A DNA stretch of 63,804 bases, filler included, from Hyphochytrium catenoides (taxonomy: Eukaryota; Protista; Hyphochytriomycota): the NCBI GenBank assembly GCA_900088475.1. It is 9 parts of 9 records of this genome, joined end to end, with 100 filler letters (N's around TTAATTAATTAA, not from the genome) between each part and the next. Parts side by side here need not be neighbours in the genome. Positions count along the whole stretch, not along the records: positions 1 to 21,477 come from FLMG01000025.1; positions 21,578 to 30,676 come from FLMG01000760.1; 7 more parts are not named here. One strand, written 5' to 3'. Within the stretch, counting starts at the first letter, position 1; each line of letters starts with the position of its first letter. The position numbers and the translations under genes were made by a program. The notes below the pieces were generated by a model. That model worked only from the letters and a program-made list of their open reading frames with translations, did no database searches and was not told the origin of the DNA. Below, one piece after another: positions 11,894 to 24,450 of this stretch.

Positions 11894-13435
11894 TCAGCGC
11901 CTGCCTTCCCTTTCCAAGGAATATAGCTGAATCGCCCCGTGCTGAACTCTAAGAGTCGCCGAGAAGGAATAAAGCGACGATAAAGCATTGAAAAAGTTGT
12001 CTATGCCATCAGCTTTCCGCCTCTCCAAAGCGACCAAGACCTTCGTGGCTCCGCCTCCTAAAACGTCTAGCACTTCCGCCAGTGCTTTCCAAGACTGCCA
12101 TTGAAGAAACGTAAGGTGATAATGCTGGAAGGCAGTCGTCCTTCGGTGCCCAGCCACACACTTCAGAACCTCCTACCCATTCCGCGTCATAGGGTTTCCT
12201 TCGCTATCTATCGCTCAGCTCTCCGAGAGCGTTCCTAACTAACTTCCATTTCACGTCCACTCAGCCCTCAGACCATTGATGTTTCCTCCTACCCTCCTCG
12301 CCACTATCCAGCCATCATTTAACCTCAAAAGCAAAAGCAATCATACTCCAGAAGACTGCCTTTGCTGTCTGCTTACCTCGCCATATAGCGGCTCGTAGAC
12401 AGTGTCGCAGGCGATAACATAGTCAAATTGGCCGTGCTGAGAAAGGAACTCCTCGGCCTTATCACGACTCCAGTAGAGCTCCTGCACAAGCACTTTCTCG
12501 TCGAGCTCGATCTCCTGCGCTCCGTTCACTTCTCTGGCTCCTCCATCCAGCTCTGAAGTAGCTTCAGCTGGACGTTGAAGCAAGAGACGAGCGTTCGTGC
12601 GGACATTCTTACTCAGAAGAGGAAGAAGCTCTTCTTGCTCCGTTAGGATGACTGTCTTACAACCCAGAAGTGAGGCGATCATCCCTGGAAGCCCGCTAGT
12701 TCCAAGTCAAAAGGAATGGCGGAAGTGACGGACCAGATGAGCTCGAGCAGGTAAATACGAGGCACTCAGAGGGGCAACGAGAGCAGGAAAAAGAAAGAGT
12801 AAAACCGCAAGAGCAAGTAGGCAGAGGAAGGAGGGAATCTCAGCCATGAGAGAGCATAGCCCGAAGAGTACTATCGTGTGATGAGAGTCGTGAAGGGCAA
12901 GGGATAAATGGACAAGACTCGTACAAGAAAGCATAAACTTTCACCAGGAGTCAGTCTCCCGACCAGCTAGGGGACCAGTGACACGCCAAACTTTGCTTAC
13001 ATGCCGCATCCGAGCTCCACCAGCGAGCAGCCGTGAAGCTTGTCTTTCTCTTCTGTCTCCAGATACTGGGCTAACAGCTTGGCTGCGTCCCATACAATGG
13101 TGCCAGCCCAGCAGGCGCCAGAAAATAGCGGCGCTAGGGCGTCCTCCTCCTGTACATAGCAATTAACTGAGTTCCGAGTAGACGTTGTCAAAGAAGGGAG
13201 CTGTCCCCGTTACCATGAGCAGCGTCAGATACAGCGTTTGCCCTTTGAAGGTGACCTCAATCGCGTCCTCACAGAGAACTTTGCCCATGATGTCTTTCGC
13301 CGAGGCCGTTGTTATCTGCAGCGTACTGGAAGCTGGAGGCCAACAATGAGGCTCTTTTCTGACATCACTGTCTTCAGAACGCTTGGGAGCGACACACCGC
13401 GCAGTGCATTCTTCCCCTAAACTGCTATCAACCAT
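11894..13435 (-). CDS. Seven-beta-strand protein lysine methyltransferase (METTL21 / Methyltransf_16 family)
   Basis: Exons 13435-13214, 13149-13001, 12695-12377, 12094-11894 splice in frame. Motifs GTIVWDAAKLLA, VELGCGIGLPG, VILTEQ, ELYW, FDYVIACDTVY, ERR. The start may instead be the ATG at 13288. Confidence 0.9.
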
Positions 13436-16113
13436 GCTCAACACAGCGGGAGGAACTTAGATACCTAAGGTGACAGGCACGACGGGAGAGAAAGGAGATT
13501 CTCTACTCTTTCAAGGAGCCGCGGTACAGCCAGCTGTACACAGTCATCCACTGCGCTGACAGACCTTGGCCTCCTTCTTTCAGCGCAACGCTTTGCCTCT
13601 TTGCCTTGGCTCCGCCTTCCGTCCTGCCTCAATCAGCTGATGACAGCTGTGATCTCCACTCAACTTCCTCAGTTATTGCTCTTCGTAGTCCTATTATTAG
13701 CGTTTATATCTAATAAAGGTTGTTATTGTTCCCTTAGTCATAATCACCAAAGTCGGTAATTCGCTGATGAAGTTTGTTATGAAGTTATGAAGCCCTTTAT
13801 GGAGAAACAGAGTCCCAAGTCGTCCTTAGGTTGTCGCAATAAAGATCATTATCCGTCCGAATCATCTTCCTTTTTTCACTCCGCGTGCAAGTACCACTTC
13901 TCTTCTTCTTGGCCGCGCAGTGGCGAGGTTGGCGGCGGTGAGCAGGGTAGGTGGACTCCGTGGCGCTGTGTCTTACACTGAGCAGCTGTGCTCACCAGCG
14001 CAGAAGAGTCCTTGGGTTCGTACCTCATACATCAGTGCTGCATTCGTTTTGTCTTGAGATGATGATGGCGAAGGTCTGCGGTTCTGTCAGTTGAGACAAC
14101 CAAGAAAGCAGTAGAAGGAAATCTGTATGATGGAACGAGTCATGAAAGCTATTCATTAGAAGTGTTATACTTGAAGTCAGGATGGGACTCCTAATGATCC
14201 TGCCTACCTCACCATGCTTGGCAGCACCATTGGCAACAACAGCCGAGTCATCGTCAGTCATCAGCAGTCCACTCCACGAGTCCTGCCATAATCACAATCA
14301 AGAATACTAGGGTAGTAGACTCTTTGGCATACCACTACTGATGTGTGCATAAGATTATAATGATGAGGTATCAAGCTAACACCACCCGGCAACATCCACT
14401 AGGACGCAGCCGCAGATGGAAAGTACAGCCTACGTTACTTACGACGTATTTTATCCAGCTATTGCTTGACGAAATCGTAACCGATGATACGTTCCTGCTA
14501 AAGCAGGATGATGCCTCCTTCTCTTCCATCGCCACCAGCCCCTGGCGTCGTTTCCTGGTGGACTCTCCTCAACCATGCGAAGAACGACTTTTGCTTGAGA
14601 AAGGTGATGCCGGGAGAGAAGGAACTGGCTGTATGTAGGCACGGCAGCACGGCCTATAAATCCATCAAGGAAGAGCCAGCCCTATCGCAACCGCTCTCAT
14701 GCTCAGGGCTTCGACGGAGCTCTCTTCTGTAGCTCGCCCGAAAACCCTGTTGGCGGGCGGGCCCAGAAATAGACCGGCGTAGGTAGAAGAAGGATGACTC
14801 CGATGAACATTCTTATTGAGAGAGCGGGCAGAGTTCCCAAGAAGGAGAGAAGGTGAATATCAGCCGAGACACGCTACGGAGTTTAAACCTCATCATCAAG
14901 GCTGACGCGACTGGTACCAAAGCAGGGAGAAGTTCCACACATTGGCGACCCCTAAACAAACAGAGGAGAGCTGCATGCTGGCACCACAGCTGCGCTAGGG
15001 TTGGGGCTGACTACTAGGGCCAGGGGCGATATGTAACTCGTATCAGCAAGCGCTTGGCTCTTGGATCATCTGTGTGCTGTGGCTCTAAGGTAAATACTCA
15101 GTAATAGACACCACCGCCAAGGTTCCATACGATCTTAGAAGAGAGAGAGAGCAAGAGAGAGAGAGACGGTCTACTGGTTTAGACTAATATATCAATTGTA
15201 CTCACCTGTCATTTGCTATATATTGGGTTTAGACTTATAGTATGGCAGTCACCAGTGGATAGTGGCCCTGGTAATAGGAAGAGTTACTGGTTTCACGCCT
15301 AGATGAGTAGTTCTCTGGGCAGGTGAGAAGGCCAGTCTTAGTACCTACGAGAACAGCTTCCACTATTGGGTCTCCTTCTCAACGCTTGAGACACAGGCAC
15401 AAGTCCATAGAACTACTGCTGGGGATAAGAATAATGATAGGTCCTTATGCTCTACCGGTAGACCTGCTAGGTCAAAGAGGAACTGAGAGTTACCACGGAC
15501 ATTTGATCTCCTCCTCTGCACACCAGTCGAAGGTCAGGTTGCCCTCCTGGTGCCGTGCATAAGGGAACAGCCCGTTTCGCGCAGGCACGCGTGCGCTGAC
15601 AACAGAGTGGTCTCTGGGCTTGGGATCATCATCAAAGAAGGGTAACTGACAAGCAGCAGGACAGAGGTGATAAGAAACTGATAATGCAAGAGGGAGGGGA
15701 GAGAGGGAGGAGAAAAGATGTGGCATCGTGAGAGAGTTGGCAGCCACTGTGGTTAATACTTAATGTGCCACCACATGTCACGGCTCGGGGGCAAGGTTGG
15801 CCATTCTTTCGCCTCCCTTCTCTTTCTTTCTCTGAATTCGTTCCGCTTATCTGTATAAAGTCTCCTCCTCTCCATCTTCCATCCATCTCTCACTGCCCTC
15901 GAGAGGCACACGATTCACTACCTGAGACAAGGTAACCCCCAGCAGGCAGCTTTGAGTTAGAATTGCTTATTTGACCATTTTCCCCTATGTGGACAGGTGA
16001 TCAACAGGGGGCGGCCGCACATATACCAGAGGTGACCTCCGCCCTGCGCTCCTTTAGAGGCATTGAGGTTGAAAGGAAGGTCTTTGTATGGGCAGCTGAA
16101 GTTTTTCAGAAGA

Positions 16114-18182
16114 ATGGAGAAATTGGCGTCAAGCTGTTGCTCCTCCTCGTGGCCTCTAGGAGGTAAAAGCTTTACCTTTTACCTTTTCCTTATTTCCCTT
16201 CTTCTCGCCTTCCCCACTTCTGAAGGTTCTCGGTATCTCCCGCGCACTTATGGAGCAAAAAGGAGGCTGAGCGCCTCAGCGACCATAGGAGGAGAGAGTG
16301 TGATATCCTCTCATCCCCACGACGGGCCTGGGCCTTCAGTCAAACTCAACACACTTGCAACAACAATGGCTGATGATGCTCCGACGACTCCTCCGCCTGC
16401 TACTTCTGCTCCTACCGACTCATCGGTCGCTCCAACTGAGGCTCCTGCCGCTTTAAATGATTCTGCTATGGACATTTGGTGGTGTCACTACCCTGGTATC
16501 TTCATGGTCTTTTTTGGCTTCATACTTTCTCCTGTCTGTGCTTATCAGATGTACAAAAGAAGAAACATGTTCCCTTTTAGCAAGCTGAACATGAAGGTTA
16601 TCATTGCCCAGGAGCTTCTCACGCCCTTCACGGTCTGGCATGCGGCGCTGCCAATCACTACCGGAGGGGAATCCGTTCCCTGCTGGGTTAGCTTGCTCTT
16701 CTGGGACATTCCCCTCGTCCCTACAATGTTTATCATCCTCTATCTTATCTACAAGCTCTGGCTGGATAGTAGATATAGTAGGGAAGTGCTGGTCGGCAAT
16801 ACCTCAAGCTTCTTTGTTGTTCACTATCAGCTTCTGAGCAGCTATAAGGTGATCGGCCCTGCGGCTGCAGTCTCCTGGGCTTACACCTGGCTGGGCGTTC
16901 TCCCTCGGGCCGCCAGGACTTGGGGCCATTGGAACAAGTCTCTTCTGAGCGCAGAATGTAACAACTTTCAGGATATCGACGTGAGTTGAGAGATGCACAG
17001 TGGCTTAGTTTGTTCAGTTCCCTCACTTCTTTCTTCCTCATTGTGGCTGCCTGCCGTGCTCTGAACCTATTGTTGCTTATTGGCTCTTTATGCGTGCCAT
17101 ATCGATATGAAGCTCTTCTCTTCACTCCTGTTCTGTGCGACATTTTGACCTTGGTTTAAGTCATTCTTTAGAACTCTCCTTGTGCTAGTGTTTCGCTATG
17201 TTCCGATCCTTGGTCGTGTTGCTGTCATTGTTCAAACCGCGTTTTCTTTCTCTCACTCTGCTGCTCTCTTCCTCTGCAGACTCCTCTTGGTATCAGTACG
17301 TCGATATCTTTCAATCTGATCATCGCAGCGGCGGCTCTCTTCCTTCTAAAAGATGTCAAAGAAGCTTTCAACATGAAAGGCCGCTTTATCAAGGCATCGC
17401 TGGTGATGTTGGTTGGGTTCGTCTTCGTGGACAGCATTCCCATCAGCTTCAGCCTTATCGGGCCCAAATCCTTTACCCCCGTCTATGGTCTCTCCATCCT
17501 GGTCTTCTCCTTTGCCAACCATTCAGTCACTTGGTTGATCTCAGTCTCCGCCCTGTACGATTCCTACCGATATGAAAACGAGAAGACCATCTCATTCGAA
17601 GGTGACGGATCGGGAGGAGGGACGCTATCACTAGGACCAGGAGGAGGCACTGTCTTACAACCAGTCCCAGATGCTGGCAGAAGGACAAGTGGTGGCGCTA
17701 TGATCATCACACATGAGCAGCAGTTGACAGAACTCAAGAGTGTCAGCAGCCCAGATGACCTCCGCCAACTCCTCCTGAACCGCGAAATGGTAATAGAGGC
17801 GTTCATGGAATATCTTGTACAAGAGCTCTGCGTTGAGAATATTGCCTTCATTAAGATGACGGACAAAGCGCGGAAGGCCACGACAGATGAGGAAAGAGAA
17901 CAGACGAGTGCGAAGATTATGGAGCTTTTTATTGTCCCAAACTCAGTCATGGAGATTAATATCTCTGCATCTCTGAGGAGGCAGCTCGTCTCTCTGTACC
18001 AGGATTGCAGAGGCAAACCTCCTCCTGACTTCTGGGATCCTGCTACCATGGAAATCTATAAGCTCTTGATGGATCCGTTTCAGCGCTTTTATAGAAAGAC
18101 CGTCCAGCGGGCAATCGCACAGCAGCAAGCCTCTGGTGGTACAGGGGCCAAGAAGATTGCCAGCATTAGACCTACACGTTAA
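16114..18182 (+). CDS. 7TM-RGS protein (signal peptide, Pro/Thr/Ala stalk, seven TM helices, C-terminal RGS domain), about 589 aa
   Basis: Exons 16114-16980 and 17280-18182 joined by a phase-0 GT-AG intron. Seven hydrophobic segments, Cys at the top of TM3 (VPCW) and in ECL2 (AECNN). RGS motifs AFMEYLVQELCVENIAF, IMELFIVPNSVMEINIS, EIYKLLMDPFQRF. Confidence 0.9.
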
Positions 18183-21162
18183 TGATCATAATAGACACAG
18201 CAGATAGAGGAAGGTACTACTTTCATCGCATTGTGTTTCTAACAAGGAACGATGATGTCTGAAGAAGTGGCGTCTGCTGACCTTTTCGAAGGTCAACTGA
18301 GCGTGAATGTGGGTAGCAAGCCCATGCAGCGCAGGGAGGAAGTTAGCAACGCATGTTTTGCCAAATTCTTTGTCTTTGTTAGCGAGTATTATGTAAAATA
18401 CACAGGGGCGCCCATATAGCATCCTCTCCAAACAGATATACCGCAGTCAGCAGGTAGTTCCTTTCCTACCTGTTGCGTGTTAGTCTCGCTTTACAAGGTA
18501 TACTACACACGCAGATTAGAGACATTTGCTTCTGCTAGTGGTAGTGGTTGCGCCATTTGTTCCCATATAGTCCTGTCTTCCCAAGGGCACCGACGGAAGA
18601 CTGTTTGTCGGGGATGGTTGTTTTTTTCTTTCGTGAAAGGGTGACGGCAAAGGAGTCATTGACGTGATCGTCGCCGAACATTGGAGGATCCAGAAGCTTA
18701 CTATCAGCAGGGTGCTTTAAGAGGTGTTGCTCTTCGTGGCACTCTGGGGACAGCATGCCGCTAGGACGAGGAAGTTTCAAAGAAATCGAGCTATCTGTGC
18801 TCTTTTCTAACGCTCTCTCTTGAAGACTACCTCCTAAACTTGCAAAGATTTAGGCATAAACATGAAGAGAGATGATACAATTTGAGCAACGCTCGGCGTC
18901 CTGTACATATGATTTACGTTGGCAGGAGCTTCGCGATGGCGTTTCGAGGATTCGCTATGCAGGTCAGTAACCTTCGCCCATTGAAGTTCTTGAACAGTCA
19001 CTGTAGGGTCCTGCTGAACCTCCATGTGGTCACCCTCAGAGTCACGTCTTGTTCTCTTCATTTTCGTAGGTCTAGCGAGACGCTCCAAAAACAGTCTATG
19101 TTGGAAGACCGCAAGCAATCAAAGCGCCAATGGGCTCTTCTTGCTGGCTAGCGAAGTTGAAAAGGCGATAGTTATTGCAGCAGCTCTGTAGATGAATGTA
19201 ATTTGCGTCACTTGAGCTGTAGCTGTTGATAGGTCTGTTCGCTGCCGATTGCTGATGAGGTTCTGTGCGGTGTTCTGGAATTTGACAAGTGATCAAAGTG
19301 TGTCAGCATGGCCTGAAGGTGGTGACACCAAATAGAACTATGATTATTCCTAGTACTCTCATCATAGGGTAACCAAAGCTAATTGAATGTCTCGATTTAG
19401 ACTTGGAGCCTATTTGTCAAACGGTAGGATTGAATTTGGAAGCGTGAAAGCTGAGAAAGGCCCTGACTAGAACCTCACTCTGACCAATTCAATTCACCAA
19501 TCCCCGCAAAATACTCCCAACGTGTCATTCCAGACTTAATCCGCCCCCGTGATTTAGGGAAACTTATCATTTTTGCGATTCACTTCCGGCCGCCTGCTGC
19601 ACTAATCCCAGGATAGTGTCCATCGGCAATACGATAACTTCATTCTTTCCTGATCGAATACTTTGTACAAGAGATTCTCCGCCTTTGGCGCGGAATTGTC
19701 TTTTCATGTGGCCAGGAACTGGTTCCTACTTTTCTACTTCCTGAGACTGAGACAACCAGACGCAGTACAGTAACCGTTTAGAACACCTCATGCCCGCCAT
19801 TCGAAATATGGCCTCGTCACAAGCAATAACTGTGGATTCCTGACAAAATATTTGGAAGGGAGAATGCAAACTCAACAACAACTCCAATGATTCTTAGGCT
19901 GGGTGGGCCGATCAGGTCAATCAGGTGCTCCCAAGAGGCAGATAATGCATGGATGAGTAGGGCTAGGCCTCTGTTTTGGCGGGAGAATAGAACTACTACT
20001 AATCACTCCGTTGCCAGATTTGAAACTACAGTGGTATTGCATTACTCTGTACATCATTGATACATTACAGAGTTTTAGTTTGAATGTTATTGAGACACCG
20101 CCAGCCCATTCATTACCCTCCAAGTGTACAGCCCTAGCCGTAACCCTTTACATAGAGGGAACAGCTATGAAAAGAGGAGGTGAGTGCCACAAGCCTTCTT
20201 TTAACTTCTACGAGTAATAACCTGCTGCCATGCCATGATGACCGTGACCGCTGGTGGCGGTATTGATCAGATGGTTCTCAACCTTCACAAACCAATCATG
20301 ATGTCGAAGAATTGACTACTGCTGGCCCTGGTCCTACGTTTGGTCCTCCTACAGATACAGCAACAATAGTTGATGTGTCATGAGTATGAATTGTTAGGGA
20401 GCAGTAGTGCAACCAATGACAATGACTCTTCTCCCCCACTCACTCGATGCATGATGATAGTGCTTGTTGATGGCGCAGTTGTGGTGGGGTGGCAGCAGGG
20501 TGCTTATCACTGGTGGGTGGTGGGAAACTGAGCCGCGGGCACAATCATCTAAAAGTTGAGAAGAGTGGTCTTACGTTTTCTGTCAACCAAGATAGTAAAA
20601 ATGAACTTCAGGTTGGCCTACAAGGTGAGAAGCCCCAACAAGAAGCCCGGCCGATTCATCTCCCCGACGCAGTAGAGGGTATTAATGCCCGCGAGATTCT
20701 AGTAGAGGCTGCAATAGAGCAACGGCCAGCCATTGGGTTTACCTAGGTCACCATAAAAGCACGTTCCTTGTTGTCAGAAGAAGTAACGAAGCATTTTGCC
20801 TACCTCCTCTTGTAAAGGAATAATGTTATATGCGCGCTTCTTTCTTCTTTCCCCCTTATTGTTCATTGGAAGAACAAACAGACTTGACAGGTAGGAGTAA
20901 CTTATTACAGAACCGATGAGAAGGACTATATGAGGCATCCACACTGTACTTCAGCTGCCAGGATAGCTTCTTCTCCTCGGTTCCCCTAAGTAGCTTTGTC
21001 TACGATACAATTAACGCAGCACTTTTGTCTCTGTTATACTATTTAACTTTCCTAGTAGGAGCATATGCTATTGCTGCGCCCAGTGCTTGAGAATGTTTGG
21101 GACGCTCTGCAAGCGATCTTCATCACTTAAACATAGATCAAGTGCCATCATAAGAACTAAAA

Positions 21163-21310
21163 GGGCCGTTCCCATCGAGACTTTTTTTTGGTAGCACGAG
21201 GTAGCATGCTACCAGATCGAGTCGGTAACGTCATTAATGTAGCATGCCTACCACTGGTAGCATGCTACCGTGCTACAAAGAAAAATGTATCATGGTATCA
21301 TGCTACCAGC
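21163..21310. repeat. Palindromic/hairpin element with repeated GGTAGCATGCTACC, possible MITE relic
   Basis: Perfect 14-bp palindrome at 21200-21213 and 21256-21269, variant at 21294-21307. Arms 21182-21215 and 21254-21285 are near reverse complements. Confidence 0.7.
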
Positions 21311-21880
21311 GCTGCCCGTAGGTTTCACGAATTTTACAATGTTTCCTTTATTTCCTTCGTCGCCCAAATGGCTCTAAAGAAATGTTAGACCTAACTATCT
21401 AATCCTTCTCCGCACTGTCCCTCTTTAATGGGGAGACTGTTGTGGTTCCGTCCTCTAATTCGCCAGTCTCACTTTTGNNNNNNNNNNNNNNNNNNNNNNN
21501 NNNNNNNNNNNNNNNNNNNNNTTAATTAATTAANNNNNNNNNNNNNNNNNNNNNNNNNNNNNNNNNNNNNNNNNNNNCTCTCTCTCTCTCTCTTTTTTTA
21601 TGTTCTTGCTTTTGGACAAGAAACGGATGAACTCTTCTTCCTTCTCTTCGCCGGTCAGCAGGCCAAGGGTTGCCATCATCAGACGGTTGACCAGTATGCG
21701 GCCTCGAGACCAGGAAGAGGCGACTGATGACAGGAGCTGGAGAAGATCAGCTTCTTCCGGAGATGAAGGTCAGGAGATGAACAGCAGGAGAGAATTGCAT
21801 TCAGCAGGAACAAAGTGCGCCCGTTGCCCAGGCAGCAGGTTGGTGTGACTGCTGTCTCTCTCTCTCTCTCCCTCTCTCTT

Positions 21881-21911
<31 letters not shown>

Positions 21912-22678
21912 GACACACACACCCTCTCTCCTCTGCTTTTTTTCTCTCTCGTTCTCTCTGCCCTACACCCTTACTCTTTCCTTCATTGTTGTCTGCGGTT
22001 CTTGGTGCCTCTTCTCCTCTCCTCACTCATCAACTTTCAACTCTGAGTCGATCGCTTGGTTGCGAACCCGGTCCCATCATTCGCCTCTCTTCTTCTTTAT
22101 CTTCGTTTCTCTGGGTCGTCCTTGGCTCTCTTCCATCTCGTTTTCTATTTGCTGCTGTCTTTCTCTCTCTCTCTCTCTCTCGCTCGCTTTGTGCTTCTCT
22201 TACACATGTAGGGTCCTCGTATTCTGTGTCTTATTAAAGACTTGCCCGCTGTCTTCTCTTCTCTTTCTCTTTCTCTCCTCTTTCCTCTTTCTCTTCTCTT
22301 CTCCTTCTCTCTCTCAAATCATTCCTCTCTCACTCTCTTCTTTCTTTAACCCATTGCCCTCTCTTCTCTTCCTAGTAGTGAGACAGCCGATCGCTGCGTC
22401 CAAGTTTTACAGGGAGAAAGAGAGAGAGAGGGAGACCAAGAGACAACAATGACAGAAAGTAGCAAAGAGACACAGGCAGAAAACGTAGGTAGAATAGAAA
22501 CGATAGATAGATAATTAGAGAGAGAAAGATAGAGAGAAAGAAGGAAAGAAAGCGAGAGAGAGAGAGAAAGGAAGAGAGAAGAGTATCACATCAGTAGAGA
22601 AGCAGCCCCTTCCCACTCAAACTGATGACTGGCGCCTATGCTAGAAGAGAGAAAAGAGTAGGACAAGCGCCGTCTTCG

Positions 22679-23974
22679 ATGGACAACTACCGCCAGACCG
22701 CTGAGCTGCTGACTGAGCCGCTCCTCCGGTTCCTGGAGAGTCAGCCCCTTCTAGATCTGCAGACCCGGAAGCGCCTCACGGAGCTTCAGACAATCTTAAC
22801 CTCCACCTTAAGCAAGCCAGAGCCGCTCTCTCCAGTGGCGGTCAAGCCGTTGAAAAACAGAAGCAACAACTGCAGAGAACTTCCTCTCTCTCCGCCATCA
22901 TCATCATCATCTTCAAAAGTGGAGACAGGCGAGAACTCATGCTGCTCTTCGTCTTTCTCTCTCTCTTCCCCATCCATTTCTCCATATAACGGACCGCGGC
23001 TGGTCCTCATGGCTGTGAACGCGTACCGAGAGCTGACAGACAGGGAGAGCACTATCTGCCTAGTGGAGCGATGGCTAGGGAGAGCCCCATTGCAATGGTA
23101 CCGCGCTAACAAGAAGATCTTAGGATTGCTAGGGCGTATCTCAGGTCCCTGCATCGGAGTTCTGGCTAGCTTAGCGATCGTCCTACCTTCCTCCGAAGCC
23201 ACAGGGCAGATAGCAACACTAGGGCATGCATTCCTGGTGCTCTACTCTCTCTTCATAGCAAGCTGCTACTGCAATGCTCAGATGGTGGCACGGTGCTTGC
23301 AGACCTTTGAAGGTTTGATTCTTACTTCTGAGCTCTTTCTTCTGGGCGTTACCTTGGCCGCGACGCTCTGTTTCACGCCCTGGGCCATCATTTTCTCAAT
23401 TGCTTCCTTCTTGGTCAGCTGGAATATCCTCGTGCTCTATGACGCCATCCCAGTCAAGCTTAGGAAAGGTGGACAATACACTTACTGCGCGGCTTTGCTT
23501 GTCTTCATCACGGTCTTCGCCCTTGTCTACTTCCGTCTTCCTCCTCGAATGTGCCTCTATAGACTGGGTTTCTATCATGGACTGATAGAGGAAACGGAAG
23601 AGAGAGAAAGAGGAGGGTTGACGGAGACTGGCGGACGTTGGAGCTTTTCCTTGCTGGAGTTCTTCTACAATCGTTGCTTCAACCTAGTGGTCCTTACCGT
23701 GAAGCTTGTCTACTCTGTGATACGGCACCCGCAAGACTGCGTCATCCTTCGGAGCCGCGTGAGAGTTATAGAGCTTGCCAGGCCGGGTTCAGCTTGGGCC
23801 GACGCAGTTGGACGGTCTCAGCAGAGAAAGGAAGAGGATAATAACCCTGGGAGCAGTGTTACTTTGCAAAGAGTAGAGGATCTGGAGACGAGTTTAAGGA
23901 CCACATGCCCATCGTCTCCATTGGACGTAAAAGCCGAAAGGGAAGAAGCAAGCCTACCGCCTGTCTCTCAGTAG
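22679..23974 (+). CDS. Uncharacterised multi-pass membrane protein, paralog A
   Basis: Intronless ORF (open from 22625; ATG 22679 aligns with the paralog C start). About 6 hydrophobic segments. Shares YDxxPV, YRL and KLxYSxxRHPxDCVIxxSRV with the neighbouring minus-strand gene. Confidence 0.85.
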   Translation: MDNYRQTAELLTEPLLRFLESQPLLDLQTRKRLTELQTILTSTLSKPEPLSPVAVKPLKNRSNNCRELPLSPPSSSSSSKVETGENSCCSSSFSLSSPSISPYNGPRLVLMAVNAYRELTDRESTICLVERWLGRAPLQWYRANKKILGLLGRISGPCIGVLASLAIVLPSSEATGQIATLGHAFLVLYSLFIASCYCNAQMVARCLQTFEGLILTSELFLLGVTLAATLCFTPWAIIFSIASFLVSWNILVLYDAIPVKLRKGGQYTYCAALLVFITVFALVYFRLPPRMCLYRLGFYHGLIEETEERERGGLTETGGRWSFSLLEFFYNRCFNLVVLTVKLVYSVIRHPQDCVILRSRVRVIELARPGSAWADAVGRSQQRKEEDNNPGSSVTLQRVEDLETSLRTTCPSSPLDVKAEREEASLPPVSQ

Positions 23975-24450
23975 CGTCCTTTGATAGTCATTATATGGCC
24001 TCCTTCATACTAGTACTATGCCCTTCGGCTCTCACGCCAGCAGCACGATGCTACTTTCATAGGGACAACCTCAGATAGGCATCTGCCATCTCTGGCGCTT
24101 GCAAGCAGCGGCCTAGGCACAACGGCTTCTTGGCTTTTCACGGATCAAATGACTCTATGAAATGGAAACGTTGCTGCTGCAAGGGTGACACAATCCTGAA
24201 CTAGCCTAGTTCATACATTTTCATTGTCAGACACCTGAAAGCTCACACTGGATAACTCTCTGCTCTATCGAGCCTTCTGTGAAAGCAAGGTTGTCACTGC
24301 AGGCATTCTTGAGGGCAAAGTCTTGAGGAAGGGTTAGCGTTAACTGTTGTCGCCCTGACTGAGGACCAGTTATTGCCTGATGTGTTGATGGAAGGCCCTC
24401 GGTCGCCCTGACGGCTGACAAGGCTGGTCCTAACGTCCGCGGCTCTTACT

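Noticed and set aside
13150-13213. Apparent frameshift between methyltransferase ORFs
   Set aside because: It is explained by a 64-nt GT-AG intron.
15495-16063. Possible small spliced gene divergent from 7TM-RGS (LPFFDDDPKPRDHS...)
   Set aside because: Splice sites are plausible but need a 42-nt intron, and the product is short with no recognisable motif.
17564-18049. Antisense ORFs over real genes (also 4899-5501, 22786-23202, 25191-25700, 59035-59694)
   Set aside because: These are shadow ORFs of coding sequence with no independent motifs.
18535-19296. Short ORFs at 18.5-19.3 kb (also 14.3-14.7, 26.9-27.1, 55.0-55.2 and 57.4-58.2 kb)
   Set aside because: No recognisable domain and no consistent splice model.
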